Notes under the pieces: generated by a model
What the model was told of the DNA's origin: nothing
The model's input: only the letters and a program-made list of their open reading frames with translations
Database searches by the model: none
In this document: in pieces, positions 40,259 through 50,729 of the stretch
Layout of the letters: each line of letters begins with the position of its first letter
Position numbering within the stretch: the stretch's first letter is position 1
Made by a program: the position numbers and the translations under genes
Source of the DNA: an uncultured Faecalimonas sp.
Lineage (GTDB): Bacteria; Bacillota; Clostridia; Lachnospirales; Lachnospiraceae
Assembly: GCA_964540565.1 (NCBI GenBank)
Contig: CAZINB010000004.1
Coordinates: 862 to 64,861 of the forward strand
Direction: 5' to 3'
Length of the DNA: 64,000 nucleotides

Positions 40259-42898
40259 ATGAAACAATATGGAGTGAATGAACTTCGAAAAATGTTTTTA
40301 GACTTCTTTGAAAGTAAAGAACATCTTGCAATGAAGAGTTTTTCGCTAGTTCCACACAACGATAACAGTTTATTGTTAATTAATTCAGGGATGGCACCAT
40401 TAAAACCATACTTTACAGGTGCAGAAATTCCACCAAGAAAGAGAGTGACAACATGTCAAAAATGTATCCGTACAGGTGATATTGAAAACGTTGGTAAAAC
40501 AGCACGTCACGGTACATTCTTTGAAATGCTTGGTAACTTCTCATTTGGAGATTATTTCAAAAGAGAAGCAATTCAATGGTCATGGGAATTTTTAACAGAA
40601 GTAGTTGGATTAGATCCTGACAGATTATATCCTTCTGTTTATGTAGATGATCAAGAAGCATTTGACATTTGGAATAAAGAAATGGGAATTGCACCAGAAC
40701 GTATTTTCAAATTTGGAAAAGCAGATAACTTCTGGGAACATGGTGCAGGTCCATGTGGTCCATGTTCAGAAATTTATTATGACCGTGGAGAAAAATACGG
40801 ATGTGGAAGTCCAGACTGTACAGTAGGTTGTGAATGTGACCGTTTCATGGAAATCTGGAACAACGTATTTACACAATTTGATAATGATGGAAATGGAAAT
40901 TACGAAGAATTAGATCAAAAGAACATCGATACAGGTATGGGTCTTGAAAGACTTGCATCTGTTGTACAAGATGTAGATTCTATTTTTGATGTAGATACAA
41001 TCAAAGCGCTTCGTGATAAAGTTTGTGAATTTGCAAACAAAACATACAAAGCAGACGAAAATGTAGACGTATCCATTCGTTTGATTACAGACCATATTCG
41101 TTCAGCAACATTTATGATCTCTGACGGTATCACACCATCAAATGCAGGAAGAGGATATGTGCTTCGTCGTTTGATTCGCCGTGCAGCACGTCACGGACGT
41201 CTTCTTGGTATCGAAGGAAAATTCCTTGCAAGATTAAGTGAAACAGTTATTGCTGGTTCAAAAGATGGATACCCAGAATTAGAAGAAAAGAAAGACTTCA
41301 TCTTCAAAGTGTTAACACAAGAAGAAGAACAATTTAATAAAACAATCGATCAAGGTTTAAGTATTTTAGCTACTATGCAAGATGAAATGAAAGCAAATGG
41401 AGAAACAGTGCTTTCAGGAGACAATGCATTCAAATTGTATGATACTTATGGATTCCCTCTTGATCTAACAAAAGAAATCTTAGAAGAAGCTGGATATGGA
41501 ATCGATGAAGATGGTTTCAAAGCAGCTATGGAAGAACAAAGAGTAAACGCACGTAACGCACGTAAGGTAACAAACTACATGGGTGCAGATGCAACTGTTT
41601 ACGATGAAATTGATGCAGATGTAACAACAACATTTGTAGGATATGATAAATTAACACATGAATCAAAAGTGACTGTTCTTACAACAGAAACAGAAATCGT
41701 TGAAGCAATTGTAGAAGGAGATAATGCTACAATTTTCGTAGAAGAAACTCCATTCTATGCAACAATGGGTGGACAACAAGGTGATACAGGTGTGATCAAA
41801 ACAGCGGATGCTGAATTTGTTGTAACAGATACAATCAAATTATTAGGTGGAAAAGTTGGACATGTTGGTAAAGTGACAAAGGGTATGTTCAAAGTTTCAG
41901 ATGTAGTAACATTAGAAGTAGCTGCAAAAGAAAGAGCAAATACATGTAACAACCACAGTGCAACTCACCTTTTACAAAAAGCATTAAAAACTGTTTTAGG
42001 TTCACACGTAGAACAAAAAGGTTCTTTAGTAACACCAGACAGACTTCGTTTTGACTTTGCTCATTTCTCAGCAATGACAGCAGAAGAAATTGCACAAGCG
42101 GAAGCAATTGTAAATGAAGAAATCGCAAAACAACTTCCAGTTGTAACAGAAGTTATGAATATTGAACAAGCAAAAGCATCAGGAGCAATGGCTTTATTCG
42201 GTGAAAAATATGAAGAAGATGTACGTGTTGTATCAATGGGAGACTTCTCAAAAGAACTTTGTGGTGGTACACATGTAAGCAATACAGGAAATATCGTAAC
42301 ATTCAAGATTGTATCTGAAGCTGGTGTAGCAGCGGGGGTACGTCGTATTGAAGCACTTACAGGTGAAGGTGTATTTGCATACTACAAAGATGTTGAAAAA
42401 ACATTGGCAGAAGCAGCAAAAGTAGCAAAAGCAACTCCAGCAAACTTAGTTGAAAAGATTGAACATATGCTTGCAGAAATGAAAGCAATGCAAAGTGAAA
42501 TGGAAAGCTTAAAGAGCAAGGCAGCACAAGATGCACTTGGCGATGTTATGGATCAAGTAACAGAAGTGAAAGGTGTGAAACTTCTTGCAACTGCTGTAGA
42601 AGGCGTTGATATGAATGGTCTTCGTGATTTAGGTGATGGATTAAAAGAAAAATTAGGAGAAGGTGTTGTAGTAATTGCATCTTCAAATGATGGAAAAGTA
42701 AACTTGATTGCAATGGCAACAGATGGAGCTATGAAACAAGGAGCACATGCAGGAAATCTAATCAAAGGAATTGCAGCACTTGTAGGTGGTGGCGGTGGTG
42801 GCCGTCCTAACATGGCACAAGCAGGTGGTAAGAATCCAGCAGGTATTCCAGATGCAATTGCGAAGGTTACTGAAGTTTTAGGCGAACAAATTAAATAA
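40259..42898 (+). CDS. alaS: Alanine--tRNA ligase
   Basis: 879 aa with class II AlaRS motifs (CQKCIRTGDIENVG, HGTFFEMLGNFSFGDYFK), editing-domain HxxxH (NHSATHLL) and CGGTH, and a C-terminal DHHA1-type G-rich tail. Confidence 0.97.
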   Translation: MKQYGVNELRKMFLDFFESKEHLAMKSFSLVPHNDNSLLLINSGMAPLKPYFTGAEIPPRKRVTTCQKCIRTGDIENVGKTARHGTFFEMLGNFSFGDYFKREAIQWSWEFLTEVVGLDPDRLYPSVYVDDQEAFDIWNKEMGIAPERIFKFGKADNFWEHGAGPCGPCSEIYYDRGEKYGCGSPDCTVGCECDRFMEIWNNVFTQFDNDGNGNYEELDQKNIDTGMGLERLASVVQDVDSIFDVDTIKALRDKVCEFANKTYKADENVDVSIRLITDHIRSATFMISDGITPSNAGRGYVLRRLIRRAARHGRLLGIEGKFLARLSETVIAGSKDGYPELEEKKDFIFKVLTQEEEQFNKTIDQGLSILATMQDEMKANGETVLSGDNAFKLYDTYGFPLDLTKEILEEAGYGIDEDGFKAAMEEQRVNARNARKVTNYMGADATVYDEIDADVTTTFVGYDKLTHESKVTVLTTETEIVEAIVEGDNATIFVEETPFYATMGGQQGDTGVIKTADAEFVVTDTIKLLGGKVGHVGKVTKGMFKVSDVVTLEVAAKERANTCNNHSATHLLQKALKTVLGSHVEQKGSLVTPDRLRFDFAHFSAMTAEEIAQAEAIVNEEIAKQLPVVTEVMNIEQAKASGAMALFGEKYEEDVRVVSMGDFSKELCGGTHVSNTGNIVTFKIVSEAGVAAGVRRIEALTGEGVFAYYKDVEKTLAEAAKVAKATPANLVEKIEHMLAEMKAMQSEMESLKSKAAQDALGDVMDQVTEVKGVKLLATAVEGVDMNGLRDLGDGLKEKLGEGVVVIASSNDGKVNLIAMATDGAMKQGAHAGNLIKGIAALVGGGGGGRPNMAQAGGKNPAGIPDAIAKVTEVLGEQIK

Positions 42899-42913
42899 AA
42901 TTAAAAAAACACC

Positions 42914-42941
42914 TTGACGAAACTGAAATATATGTTATAAT
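42914..42941 (+). promoter_or_regulatory. Strong sigma-A-type promoter upstream of rpsU
   Basis: TTGACG-16 nt-TATAAT with an extended -10 (TGtTATAAT). Confidence 0.65.
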
Positions 42942-43022
42942 AACTTTCAGTGCAATAAAAAAATACCCAAACAGTCGTATGTTGCACAATATAGGGCTGG
43001 AGGGGAGGTTAGGTGTGAGACT

Positions 43023-43199
43023 ATGTCAAATGTAATCGTTAAAGAAAACGAAACGTTAGATAGTGCTTTACGCAGATTCAAAAGAAACTGTGCAAAAGCT
43101 GGTATTCAACAAGAAATTCGTAAAAGAGAACATTACGAAAAACCAAGCGTAAAACGTAAAAAGAAATCAGAAGCTGCTAGAAAACGTAAATTTAACTAA
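43023..43199 (+). CDS. rpsU: 30S ribosomal protein S21 (below the ORF-track size cutoff)
   Basis: The 58-aa translation [58 protein letters not shown] is a canonical bS21 sequence. GGAGGGGAGG RBS upstream. Confidence 0.95.
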   Translation: MSNVIVKENETLDSALRRFKRNCAKAGIQQEIRKREHYEKPSVKRKKKSEAARKRKFN

Positions 43200-43210
43200 T
43201 ATGTGCAGAG

Positions 43211-43239
43211 AAGGAGTGTTGAATAAACACTCCTTTTTA
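43211..43239 (+). terminator. Rho-independent terminator
   Basis: AAGGAGTGTT-GAATA-AACACTCCTT followed by TTT. Confidence 0.8.
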
Positions 43240-43312
43240 TATGAAAAAATAAGTTGTAGAAATGTAGAAAAGATTATATAATGCAAAAGGAATCAAAGGA
43301 GGCAATGTTGAA

Positions 43313-44209
43313 ATGGGATGGATAATAGCATTCGGAATACTATTTCTTATATGTATCGCAGAATGGATGCGGGAAATACATACATTTGTAGTTACTCATT
43401 ATGAGATTGCATCTCCGAAACTGCAGTCATGGAAAGCAGAGAAGAAATTTCTTGTACTGAGTGATTTGCACAATACATCTTATGGGAAAGAAAATGCAAA
43501 ATTATTGGAGGCAATTTACAAAGAACAGCCTGATCTGATCTTGATTGCAGGTGATATGCTTGTAGGAAAACCAAACCGAGATGCTACAGTTGCACAAAAG
43601 CTGGTAGAACAATTAACGGAAATTTGTCCAGTCTATTATGCGAATGGAAATCATGAGTATCGCATGAAAATTTATCCGGAAGTATATGGAAGTACTTTCG
43701 CAAAGTATAAAGCGGCCCTAGAAGAAAAGGGCGTCATCTTTTTAGAAAATACCAGTGAAAAGATTGTGCTAGATGGCGTGGAGCTTACTTTGAGCGGATT
43801 AGAGATTGATAAGAAATATTATTCCAAGGGGAAAAGACATTTCTATCCTTTGGAAGAGATGGAACAGCAAATTGGTGGAAGCGATGAAAAGAGCTATCAA
43901 ATTTTATTTGCGCATAACCCATTGTATATGAATACATACTTGAAATGGAAGGCGGATTTGATTTTGTCTGGACATTTACATGGAGGCGTAGTGCGTATTC
44001 CAGGTGTTGGTGGTGTTATTACACCTCAGTTTGGCTTGTTTCCATATTACTCAGGTGAACATAGAAAAAAAGGAAAAACGGATGTGGTCGTGAGCAGAGG
44101 ACTTGGGACACATACGATTAAAATTAGATTTTTGAATACAGCAGAATTAATTGTACTGCATATGAATGGAGGAACAGATGGGGATTCCAGTAAAGTTACA
44201 AGTGTTTGA
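43313..44209 (+). CDS. Membrane-anchored metallophosphoesterase (YkuE/calcineurin-like)
   Basis: N-terminal TM; motifs LSDLHN, AGDM, GNHE, GHLHGG. Confidence 0.85.
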   Translation: MGWIIAFGILFLICIAEWMREIHTFVVTHYEIASPKLQSWKAEKKFLVLSDLHNTSYGKENAKLLEAIYKEQPDLILIAGDMLVGKPNRDATVAQKLVEQLTEICPVYYANGNHEYRMKIYPEVYGSTFAKYKAALEEKGVIFLENTSEKIVLDGVELTLSGLEIDKKYYSKGKRHFYPLEEMEQQIGGSDEKSYQILFAHNPLYMNTYLKWKADLILSGHLHGGVVRIPGVGGVITPQFGLFPYYSGEHRKKGKTDVVVSRGLGTHTIKIRFLNTAELIVLHMNGGTDGDSSKVTSV

Positions 44210-44921
44210 AGGTCCGCTGGATTTATTGCTGCACTTGATCGAAAAAAATAAAATTGATATATATGATATTCCAATTGTAGAGATTACCAATCAATACATG
44301 GAGTATATTCGTGAAATGGAAGAAAAAGATCTGAATGTAATGAGTGAATTTCTTCTGATGGCAGCAATTCTTTTGGATATTAAATGTAAAATGCTTCTTC
44401 CGAAAGAAGTGAATGAGGAAGGGGAAGAGGAAGATCCAAGACAAGAACTGGTAGAACAATTATTGCAATACAAGATGTATAAATATATGTCGTTTGAACT
44501 TCGAGACATGCAGAAAGATGGAGAACTCCTGATGTTTAAGGAAGCGACGATTCCAGAAGAAGTAAAAAGCTATCAGGAACCTGTGGATTTGGATGCCTTG
44601 TTAGATGGAATTACGCTAGCAAAGCTTAACGGCATTTTTAAGGAAGTAATGCGAAAACAGCAAGATAAATTAGACCCTGTACGAAGTACTTTTGGAAAGA
44701 TTGAAAAAGAAGAAGTAACTGTTGATGATAAGATGGATTATCTGAATGAATATATCTTGTCGCATAAATATTTCTCATTTCGCGAACTTTTAGGCAAACA
44801 AAAGTCAAAGGTACAGATAGTAGTAACATTTCTTGCTATTTTGGAAATGATGAAGATGGGAACAATCGTGGTAGAACAAGAAGGTACTTTAGGAGATATC
44901 ATGATCACATCCAATGTATAG
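44178..44921 (+). CDS. scpA: Segregation and condensation protein A
   Basis: FEGPLDLLLHLIEKNKIDIYDIPI N-terminus. GGAGGA RBS before ATG 44178; overlaps the upstream gene. Confidence 0.9.
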   Translation: MGIPVKLQVFEGPLDLLLHLIEKNKIDIYDIPIVEITNQYMEYIREMEEKDLNVMSEFLLMAAILLDIKCKMLLPKEVNEEGEEEDPRQELVEQLLQYKMYKYMSFELRDMQKDGELLMFKEATIPEEVKSYQEPVDLDALLDGITLAKLNGIFKEVMRKQQDKLDPVRSTFGKIEKEEVTVDDKMDYLNEYILSHKYFSFRELLGKQKSKVQIVVTFLAILEMMKMGTIVVEQEGTLGDIMITSNV

Positions 44922-44938
44922 AGAGACGAGGTGCAAAA

Positions 44939-45508
44939 GTGGAGATCAAAAAGATAGAAGGTATAATTGAAGCGATTTTATTTACGATGGGTGAATCGGT
45001 TGAAGTCAGCAAGATTGCAAAGGTAATTGAACATGATGTAGAAACAACAAAACGTATCATCCATAATATGATGGATCGCTACCAAGAAGAAAATAGAGGG
45101 ATTTGCATTATCGAGCTAGAAGATTCTTTTCAAATGTGTACCAAAAAAGAAATGTATGAATATTTGATTCGGATTGCAAAACAACCGAAACGTCATGTGT
45201 TGTCGGATGTTGTTTTGGAAACACTTTCTATTATTGCTTATAGACAACCGATTACGAAGATTGAGATTGAAAAGATTCGTGGTGTGAAATCAGATCATGC
45301 AGTAAATAAATTAGTAGAATATAATCTTGTTGCAGAAGTGGGAAGAATGGATGCTCCTGGACGTCCAATCTTATTTGGAACAACGGAAGAGTTTTTGCGT
45401 AGATTTTCAGTGCAGTCTGTAGAAGAACTACCACAGATTACTGCGGAAAAAGTGGAAGATTTTAAAGCAGAAGCAGAAGATGAGATTCAATTGAAATTAA
45501 ATTTATAA
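44939..45508 (+). CDS. scpB: Segregation and condensation protein B
   Basis: GTG start. IIEAILFTMGE, LETLSIIAYRQPITKIEIEKIRGV and GRPILFGTT motifs. Confidence 0.9.
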   Translation: MEIKKIEGIIEAILFTMGESVEVSKIAKVIEHDVETTKRIIHNMMDRYQEENRGICIIELEDSFQMCTKKEMYEYLIRIAKQPKRHVLSDVVLETLSIIAYRQPITKIEIEKIRGVKSDHAVNKLVEYNLVAEVGRMDAPGRPILFGTTEEFLRRFSVQSVEELPQITAEKVEDFKAEAEDEIQLKLNL

Positions 45509-45548
45509 AGGCAACATATACTGATAGAAAAAAGATAGGGCGCGTGAG

Positions 45549-46748
45549 ATGAGGTATATTTTACTCATTGTATGTCTTGTGTTTTCTTCTGTCAAAGTAA
45601 ATGCCGAAGAAACCGTAGGTAATTTATACGCCCAGTCAGCTGTTTTAATGGACGCTGATAGTGGGCGTATTTTATTTGGGAAAAATGAAGATGATGTAAA
45701 AGCGATGGCAAGCACAACAAAGATCATGACATGTATCTTGGCGTTAGAATATGGTGATTTACAAGGTGTGGTTGCGTTTTCGGATTTAGCAGTAAGTCAA
45801 CCCAAAGTTCATCTAGGGGCTTCTGAAGGCACCCAGTTTTATTTGAAGGATTTATTGTATTCGTTAATGTTGGAATCACATAATGACTCGGCTGTAGCAG
45901 TAGCGGAAGCAACAAGCGGCTCGGTAGAAGCGTTTGCAGAACTTATGAATCGAAAAGCAGAAGAGTTAGGGTGCAAGCAAACCCATTTTGTCACTCCAAA
46001 TGGATTGGATGGAGAAGATGCGGAAGGAAAACATTGTACAACGAGCGCAGAATTGGCGAAAATCATGAGTTATTGTATTATGGATTCCCCACAAAAAGAT
46101 ACATTTCTTGAGATTACACAATGCAGAGCCTATTCATTTGCAGATGTAAGTGGTACCACTACATATTCCTGCCAAAATCACAATGCATTTTTAGAGATGA
46201 TGGATGGTGCATTGTCTGGAAAAACAGGATATACGGCGAAGGCGGGATACTGCTATGTAGGAGCACTGCAAAAAGATGGAAAGACATTTGTGGTAACACT
46301 TTTAGGGTGTGGATGGCCGAATCATAAGAACTACAAATGGCAAGATACCCGGAAACTCATGGAATATGCATTAGAGCATTATGAGTATCGGGATATTCTG
46401 TATCCGGAAGAATATGAAGATATTTTTGTGGGCAATGGTGCAAAAGAGAATGGTACGCTGCATGAAATTGGACGGATTTCTGTTGAAGTAGAGGGAAATC
46501 CTGAAATGTGGCAGATGCTTTTGCATGAGGATGATAGGGTAGAAGGCAAACTGTGTTTGAATGAGAAAATAGAAGCCCCCATTCGAAGTGGGGAGCAAGT
46601 AGGTACTTATGAATGGTATTTAAATGGCGAAAGAATCAGATGTGATATTCTTGTGGCAAAAGAAAATATACAAGAACGTGATATGAGATATTATTTTGAA
46701 ATGATTTGTCGATGGTATTGTATGAGAATGAAAACGCAGGTTTCCTAA
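45549..46748 (+). CDS. D-alanyl-D-alanine carboxypeptidase (S11 PBP5-type)
   Basis: Signal peptide; SxxK (ASTTKIMT), SxN (ESHNDS) and KTG (GKTGYT) motifs. Confidence 0.9.
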   Translation: MRYILLIVCLVFSSVKVNAEETVGNLYAQSAVLMDADSGRILFGKNEDDVKAMASTTKIMTCILALEYGDLQGVVAFSDLAVSQPKVHLGASEGTQFYLKDLLYSLMLESHNDSAVAVAEATSGSVEAFAELMNRKAEELGCKQTHFVTPNGLDGEDAEGKHCTTSAELAKIMSYCIMDSPQKDTFLEITQCRAYSFADVSGTTTYSCQNHNAFLEMMDGALSGKTGYTAKAGYCYVGALQKDGKTFVVTLLGCGWPNHKNYKWQDTRKLMEYALEHYEYRDILYPEEYEDIFVGNGAKENGTLHEIGRISVEVEGNPEMWQMLLHEDDRVEGKLCLNEKIEAPIRSGEQVGTYEWYLNGERIRCDILVAKENIQERDMRYYFEMICRWYCMRMKTQVS

Positions 46749-46766
46749 GGAGACCTGCGTTATTCG
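46734..46766 (+). terminator. Terminator overlapping the stop of the carboxypeptidase gene
   Basis: ACGCAGGTTTCC-TAA-GGAGACCTGCGT (one mismatch) followed by TTATTCGTT. Confidence 0.6.
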
Positions 46767-46907
46767 TTAATATGGCACAAGTTGAGTGGAAAACAGTGTG
46801 AAAAAAATGTCAAAAATAACAAGAAAGTGTTTGCTATCTGTTGATAATTAAGATATACTATATATTGGCAGAAAATTTAAAATTAATATAAATGGAGGTC
46901 TACATTT

Positions 46908-48347
46908 ATGAGCAACACAACATCTAAAAACCTTGCAAGTACAAGAATTGCCACTTTACTTGATGAAGGAAGTTTTGTTGAAATCGGTGGAGCAATTACT
47001 GCTAGAACAACAGATTTTAACATGCAGCAAAAAGAAACTCCAGCAGATGGAGTAATCACAGGCTACGGCGTGATTGATGGCAACTTAGTGTATGTTTACA
47101 GCCAAGACGCATCAGTTTTAAAAGGTGCAATCGGCGAAATGCATGCAAAGAAAATTGCAAATATCTATGATATGGCAATGAAAATGGGAGCACCAGTTAT
47201 TGGATTGGTTGACTGCGCAGGGCTTCGTCTGCAAGAAGCAACAGATGCACTTAACGGATTTGGTAATCTATATTTGAAACAAACAATGGCTTCTGGTGTA
47301 ATTCCTCAAATCACAGCAGTATTTGGTAACTGCGGCGGTGGTTTAGCAGTAGCTTCAGCTATGACAGACTTTACATTCATGGAAGGAAGCAAAGCAAAAT
47401 TATTCTTAAACTCACCAAATGCAATTGAAGGAAATGAAGTATCTAAATGTGACACAGCTTCAGCTGCATTCCAAAGTGAAAATACAGGTCTTGTAGATGC
47501 TGTTGGAACAGAAGAAGATATTTTAGAAGAAATCAGAACACTCGTATGTATGCTTCCAGCAAACAACGAAGATGATGCATTCTATAGTGAATGTTTGGAT
47601 GATTTGAACAGAGTTTGTGCTGATTTAGAAAACGCAGCAGATGACACAGCGATTGTTGCATCTATGCTTTCAGACAACAATATGTTCTTTGAAACAAAAA
47701 GAGAATATGCAAAAGATATGGTAACTGGATTTATCAAATTAAATGGTATGACAGTAGGTGTTGTTGCCAACCGTAAGAAAGTGTATGGGGCAGAAGGCGA
47801 TGTAGTAGCTGAATTTGACGGAAGATTAACTTCAGCAGGCTGCAAAAAAGCAACAGATTTCGTAAACTTCTGTGATGCATTTAATCTTCCAATCGTTACA
47901 TTGACAAACGTAGAAGGCTTTGCAGCTGACAAATGTTCAGAAAAGACATTAGCAAGAGAAACAGCTAAATTAACATATGCATTTGCAAATGCGACAGTTG
48001 CAAAAGTAAACGTTGTAATTGGTAAAGCATACGGAAGTGCTTACATCACAATGAACAGTAAATCAATCGGAGCAGATATGGTTTATGCATGGCCTAATTC
48101 TGAAATCGGTATGATGGATGCAACATTAGCAGCTAAGATTATGTATGCAGACACAGATGCAGCTACAATCAATGAAAAAGCAGCTGAATACAAAGAATTA
48201 CAAGCTAGCCCAATGGCAGCAGCAAGACGTGGATATGTGGATACAATCATCGCTCCAGCAGATACAAGAAAGTACTTAATTGGTGCGTTCGAAATGTTAT
48301 ATACAAAGAGAGAAGAACGTCCATCTAAAAAACACGGAACAATCTAG
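46908..48347 (+). CDS. Acyl-CoA:biotin carboxyltransferase (methylmalonyl-CoA decarboxylase alpha / transcarboxylase 12S-like)
   Basis: Crotonase-fold carboxyltransferase pattern (GVITGYGVIDG, QDASVLKGAIGEMHAKKI, PVIGLVDCAGLRLQE, GNCGGGLAV, second half GFAAD...AYGSAYITM). Confidence 0.8.
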   Translation: MSNTTSKNLASTRIATLLDEGSFVEIGGAITARTTDFNMQQKETPADGVITGYGVIDGNLVYVYSQDASVLKGAIGEMHAKKIANIYDMAMKMGAPVIGLVDCAGLRLQEATDALNGFGNLYLKQTMASGVIPQITAVFGNCGGGLAVASAMTDFTFMEGSKAKLFLNSPNAIEGNEVSKCDTASAAFQSENTGLVDAVGTEEDILEEIRTLVCMLPANNEDDAFYSECLDDLNRVCADLENAADDTAIVASMLSDNNMFFETKREYAKDMVTGFIKLNGMTVGVVANRKKVYGAEGDVVAEFDGRLTSAGCKKATDFVNFCDAFNLPIVTLTNVEGFAADKCSEKTLARETAKLTYAFANATVAKVNVVIGKAYGSAYITMNSKSIGADMVYAWPNSEIGMMDATLAAKIMYADTDAATINEKAAEYKELQASPMAAARRGYVDTIIAPADTRKYLIGAFEMLYTKREERPSKKHGTI

Positions 48348-48360
48348 TGAGGTGAATCAA

Positions 48361-49122
48361 GTGAAGAAAAAGATTAGTTTATTGCTTTGCGTTCTTTTGA
48401 CAGCCCTTTGTTTCGCTGGATGTTCTTCAAAAGAAGCAACAACAGTTGATACATCAGTACATGAACAAGTTGCAAATACAATCCTTGCAAGTTTTTCACA
48501 AATGGGTGAAGAAGATTTTGCACAGTTTGAAGAGGTGTCAGAGTATCAATTAGAGTATACAATGATGACAGCCGGTCTTCCAATTGAAGGAGAAAATTTC
48601 CTTGCAATGATTCGTTCATGGCAAGCTGCAGAAAAAGAATGTGGTAGCTTAATTCAATATGGTGAATTAGAAGTTGAAGTGGATGGCGACGAAGTAACAA
48701 TCACTTCAGTAGCACAATACGAACAAAGAGAAGCAACAATTATGTTCTGCTTCGATGAAGATTCGAATTTGGAATCAATGGACGTATCGGCAAAATACTC
48801 AACAGGAGAAATCCTTGAAAAAGCTGGTTTAAATACATTGTTAGGTATGGGAACTGTATTTGCTGTACTTATTTTCTTAGCATTCTTAATTTCATTGATG
48901 AAATATATCCCAGTTATTATGGATAAACTTCAAGGAAAACCACAAAAAGAAGAAGCAAAAGCAGAAGTTGTTACAGCACCAGTTGTAGTAGAAGAAGACT
49001 ACACAGATGATTTAGAATTAGTTGCAGTTATTACAGCGGCAATTGCAGCACAAGAAGGTACAAGCACAGATGGATTTGTAGTACGTTCTATCAGACGTAG
49101 ATCATCGAATAAATGGAATTAA
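48361..49122 (+). CDS. OadG-like decarboxylase membrane subunit fused to an N-terminal lipoprotein domain
   Basis: GTG 48361 follows GAGGTGA. Lipobox LTALCFAGC|SS, a soluble domain of about 150 aa, an OadG-type TM (LLGMGTVFAVLIFLAFLISL), then the tail LELVAVITAAIAAQEG. Confidence 0.65.
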   Translation: MKKKISLLLCVLLTALCFAGCSSKEATTVDTSVHEQVANTILASFSQMGEEDFAQFEEVSEYQLEYTMMTAGLPIEGENFLAMIRSWQAAEKECGSLIQYGELEVEVDGDEVTITSVAQYEQREATIMFCFDEDSNLESMDVSAKYSTGEILEKAGLNTLLGMGTVFAVLIFLAFLISLMKYIPVIMDKLQGKPQKEEAKAEVVTAPVVVEEDYTDDLELVAVITAAIAAQEGTSTDGFVVRSIRRRSSNKWN

Positions 49123-49148
49123 TATTGATTTTAGGAGGATTATAAATC

Positions 49149-49520
49149 ATGAAGAGTTATACAATTACAGTAAATGGAAACGTATATGACGTTACAGTAG
49201 AAGAAAATACAAACGGAGCAGCACCAGTTGCCAGACCAGCAGCTCCAGTAGCAGCACCAAAAGCAGCTCCTAAAGCAGCTCCAGCTCCAGCAGCAAAAGC
49301 AGCAGGAAGCATCAATGTAGAAGCTGGTGCAGCAGGTAAAGTATTCAAAATTGAAGCAAATGTTGGTCAAGCTGTTAAAAGAGGAGAACCAGTTATCATC
49401 ATCGAAGCAATGAAAATGGAAATTCCAGTAGTAGCTCCAGAAGACGGAACAGTTGCAAGCATTAATGTTGCAGTTGGTGACGCAGTGGAAGCAGGAGCAG
49501 TAATGGCTACATTAAACTAG
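49149..49520 (+). CDS. Biotin carboxyl carrier protein (1.3S / MmdC-like)
   Basis: Ala/Pro linker followed by a biotinyl domain with the EAMKME motif. Confidence 0.9.
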   Translation: MKSYTITVNGNVYDVTVEENTNGAAPVARPAAPVAAPKAAPKAAPAPAAKAAGSINVEAGAAGKVFKIEANVGQAVKRGEPVIIIEAMKMEIPVVAPEDGTVASINVAVGDAVEAGAVMATLN

Positions 49521-49560
49521 TAAGAATCATTACGCTAATGACTACACAGGAGGGTGAAAA

Positions 49561-50712
49561 ATGGAATATATTACAACGACGTTAGGAAATCTCGTTGAGC
49601 AAACAGCCTTTATGAATTTAACATATGGTAACTTCATTATGATTGGGTTTGCTTGTCTTTTCCTATACTTAGCAATCAGACATGGATTTGAACCATTGCT
49701 CCTTGTTCCAATTGCATTTGGTATGCTTTTGGTAAACATCTATCCAGATATCATGATCAGTCCAGAAGATTCAGCAAATGGTGTAGGTGGTTTACTTCAC
49801 TATTTCTACATCTTAGATGAATGGGCAATTTTACCATCACTTATCTTTATGGGTGTAGGTGCGATGACAGACTTTGGTCCACTTATTGCAAATCCAAAGA
49901 GTTTCTTATTAGGTGCAGCAGCACAATTCGGGATCTTTGCAGCATACCTTGGCGCTATGGCAATGGGATTCTCAGACAAAGCGGCAGCAGCTATTTCAAT
50001 TATCGGTGGAGCAGATGGTCCTACTTCAATTTTCTTAGCTAGTAAGCTAGAACAAACAGCAATTATGGGACCAATCGCGGTAGCAGCATATTCATATATG
50101 TCATTGGTACCAATTATCCAACCACCAATTATGAAATTATTAACAACAGAAGAAGAACGTAAGATTAAGATGGAACAATTAAGACCAGTTTCGAAATTGG
50201 AAAAAATCTTATTCCCAATTATCATTACAATCGTTGTTTCTTTAATTTTACCTACAACAGCACCACTTGTTGGTATGCTTATGTTAGGTAACTTGTTCAA
50301 AGAATCAGGTGTTGTAAGACAGTTAACAGATACAGCATCGAATGCATTAATGTATATCGTAGTTATCTTACTTGGTACATCAGTAGGTGCAACAACAAGT
50401 GCGGAAGCGTTCCTTAACTTAGATACAATCAAAATCGTTGTATTAGGTTTGGTAGCGTTTGCATTTGGTACAGCAGCCGGTGTATTGTTTGGTAAACTTA
50501 TGTGCAAAGTTACAGGTGGTAAAATCAACCCACTTATTGGTTCAGCAGGTGTTTCTGCGGTACCGATGGCAGCCAGAGTATCACAAAAAGTTGGTGCGGA
50601 AGCTGACCCTACAAACTTCTTACTGATGCATGCGATGGGACCAAACGTTGCAGGTGTTATTGGTACAGCTGTAGCAGCTGGTACATTTATGGCAGTATTT
50701 GGTGTTAAATAA
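49561..50712 (+). CDS. Na+-translocating decarboxylase beta subunit (OadB/MmdB/GcdB family)
   Basis: 383 aa polytopic protein with family-typical segments ([49 protein letters not shown]). Confidence 0.9.
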   Translation: MEYITTTLGNLVEQTAFMNLTYGNFIMIGFACLFLYLAIRHGFEPLLLVPIAFGMLLVNIYPDIMISPEDSANGVGGLLHYFYILDEWAILPSLIFMGVGAMTDFGPLIANPKSFLLGAAAQFGIFAAYLGAMAMGFSDKAAAAISIIGGADGPTSIFLASKLEQTAIMGPIAVAAYSYMSLVPIIQPPIMKLLTTEEERKIKMEQLRPVSKLEKILFPIIITIVVSLILPTTAPLVGMLMLGNLFKESGVVRQLTDTASNALMYIVVILLGTSVGATTSAEAFLNLDTIKIVVLGLVAFAFGTAAGVLFGKLMCKVTGGKINPLIGSAGVSAVPMAARVSQKVGAEADPTNFLLMHAMGPNVAGVIGTAVAAGTFMAVFGVK

Positions 50713-50729
50713 TCTTGGAGGACGATAGA

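Noticed and set aside
49200-49310. Low-complexity GCA/CCA-rich DNA with ORFs on both strands
   Set aside because: It encodes the Ala/Pro-rich flexible linker of the biotin carrier protein (AAPVARPAAPVAAPKAAPKAAPAPAAKAA), which is a normal feature of 1.3S/MmdC-type BCCPs.
49806-50528. 240-aa minus-strand ORF
   Set aside because: It lies entirely antisense to the well-supported Na+-decarboxylase beta subunit gene. It has a low-complexity translation and no RBS, so it is a shadow ORF.
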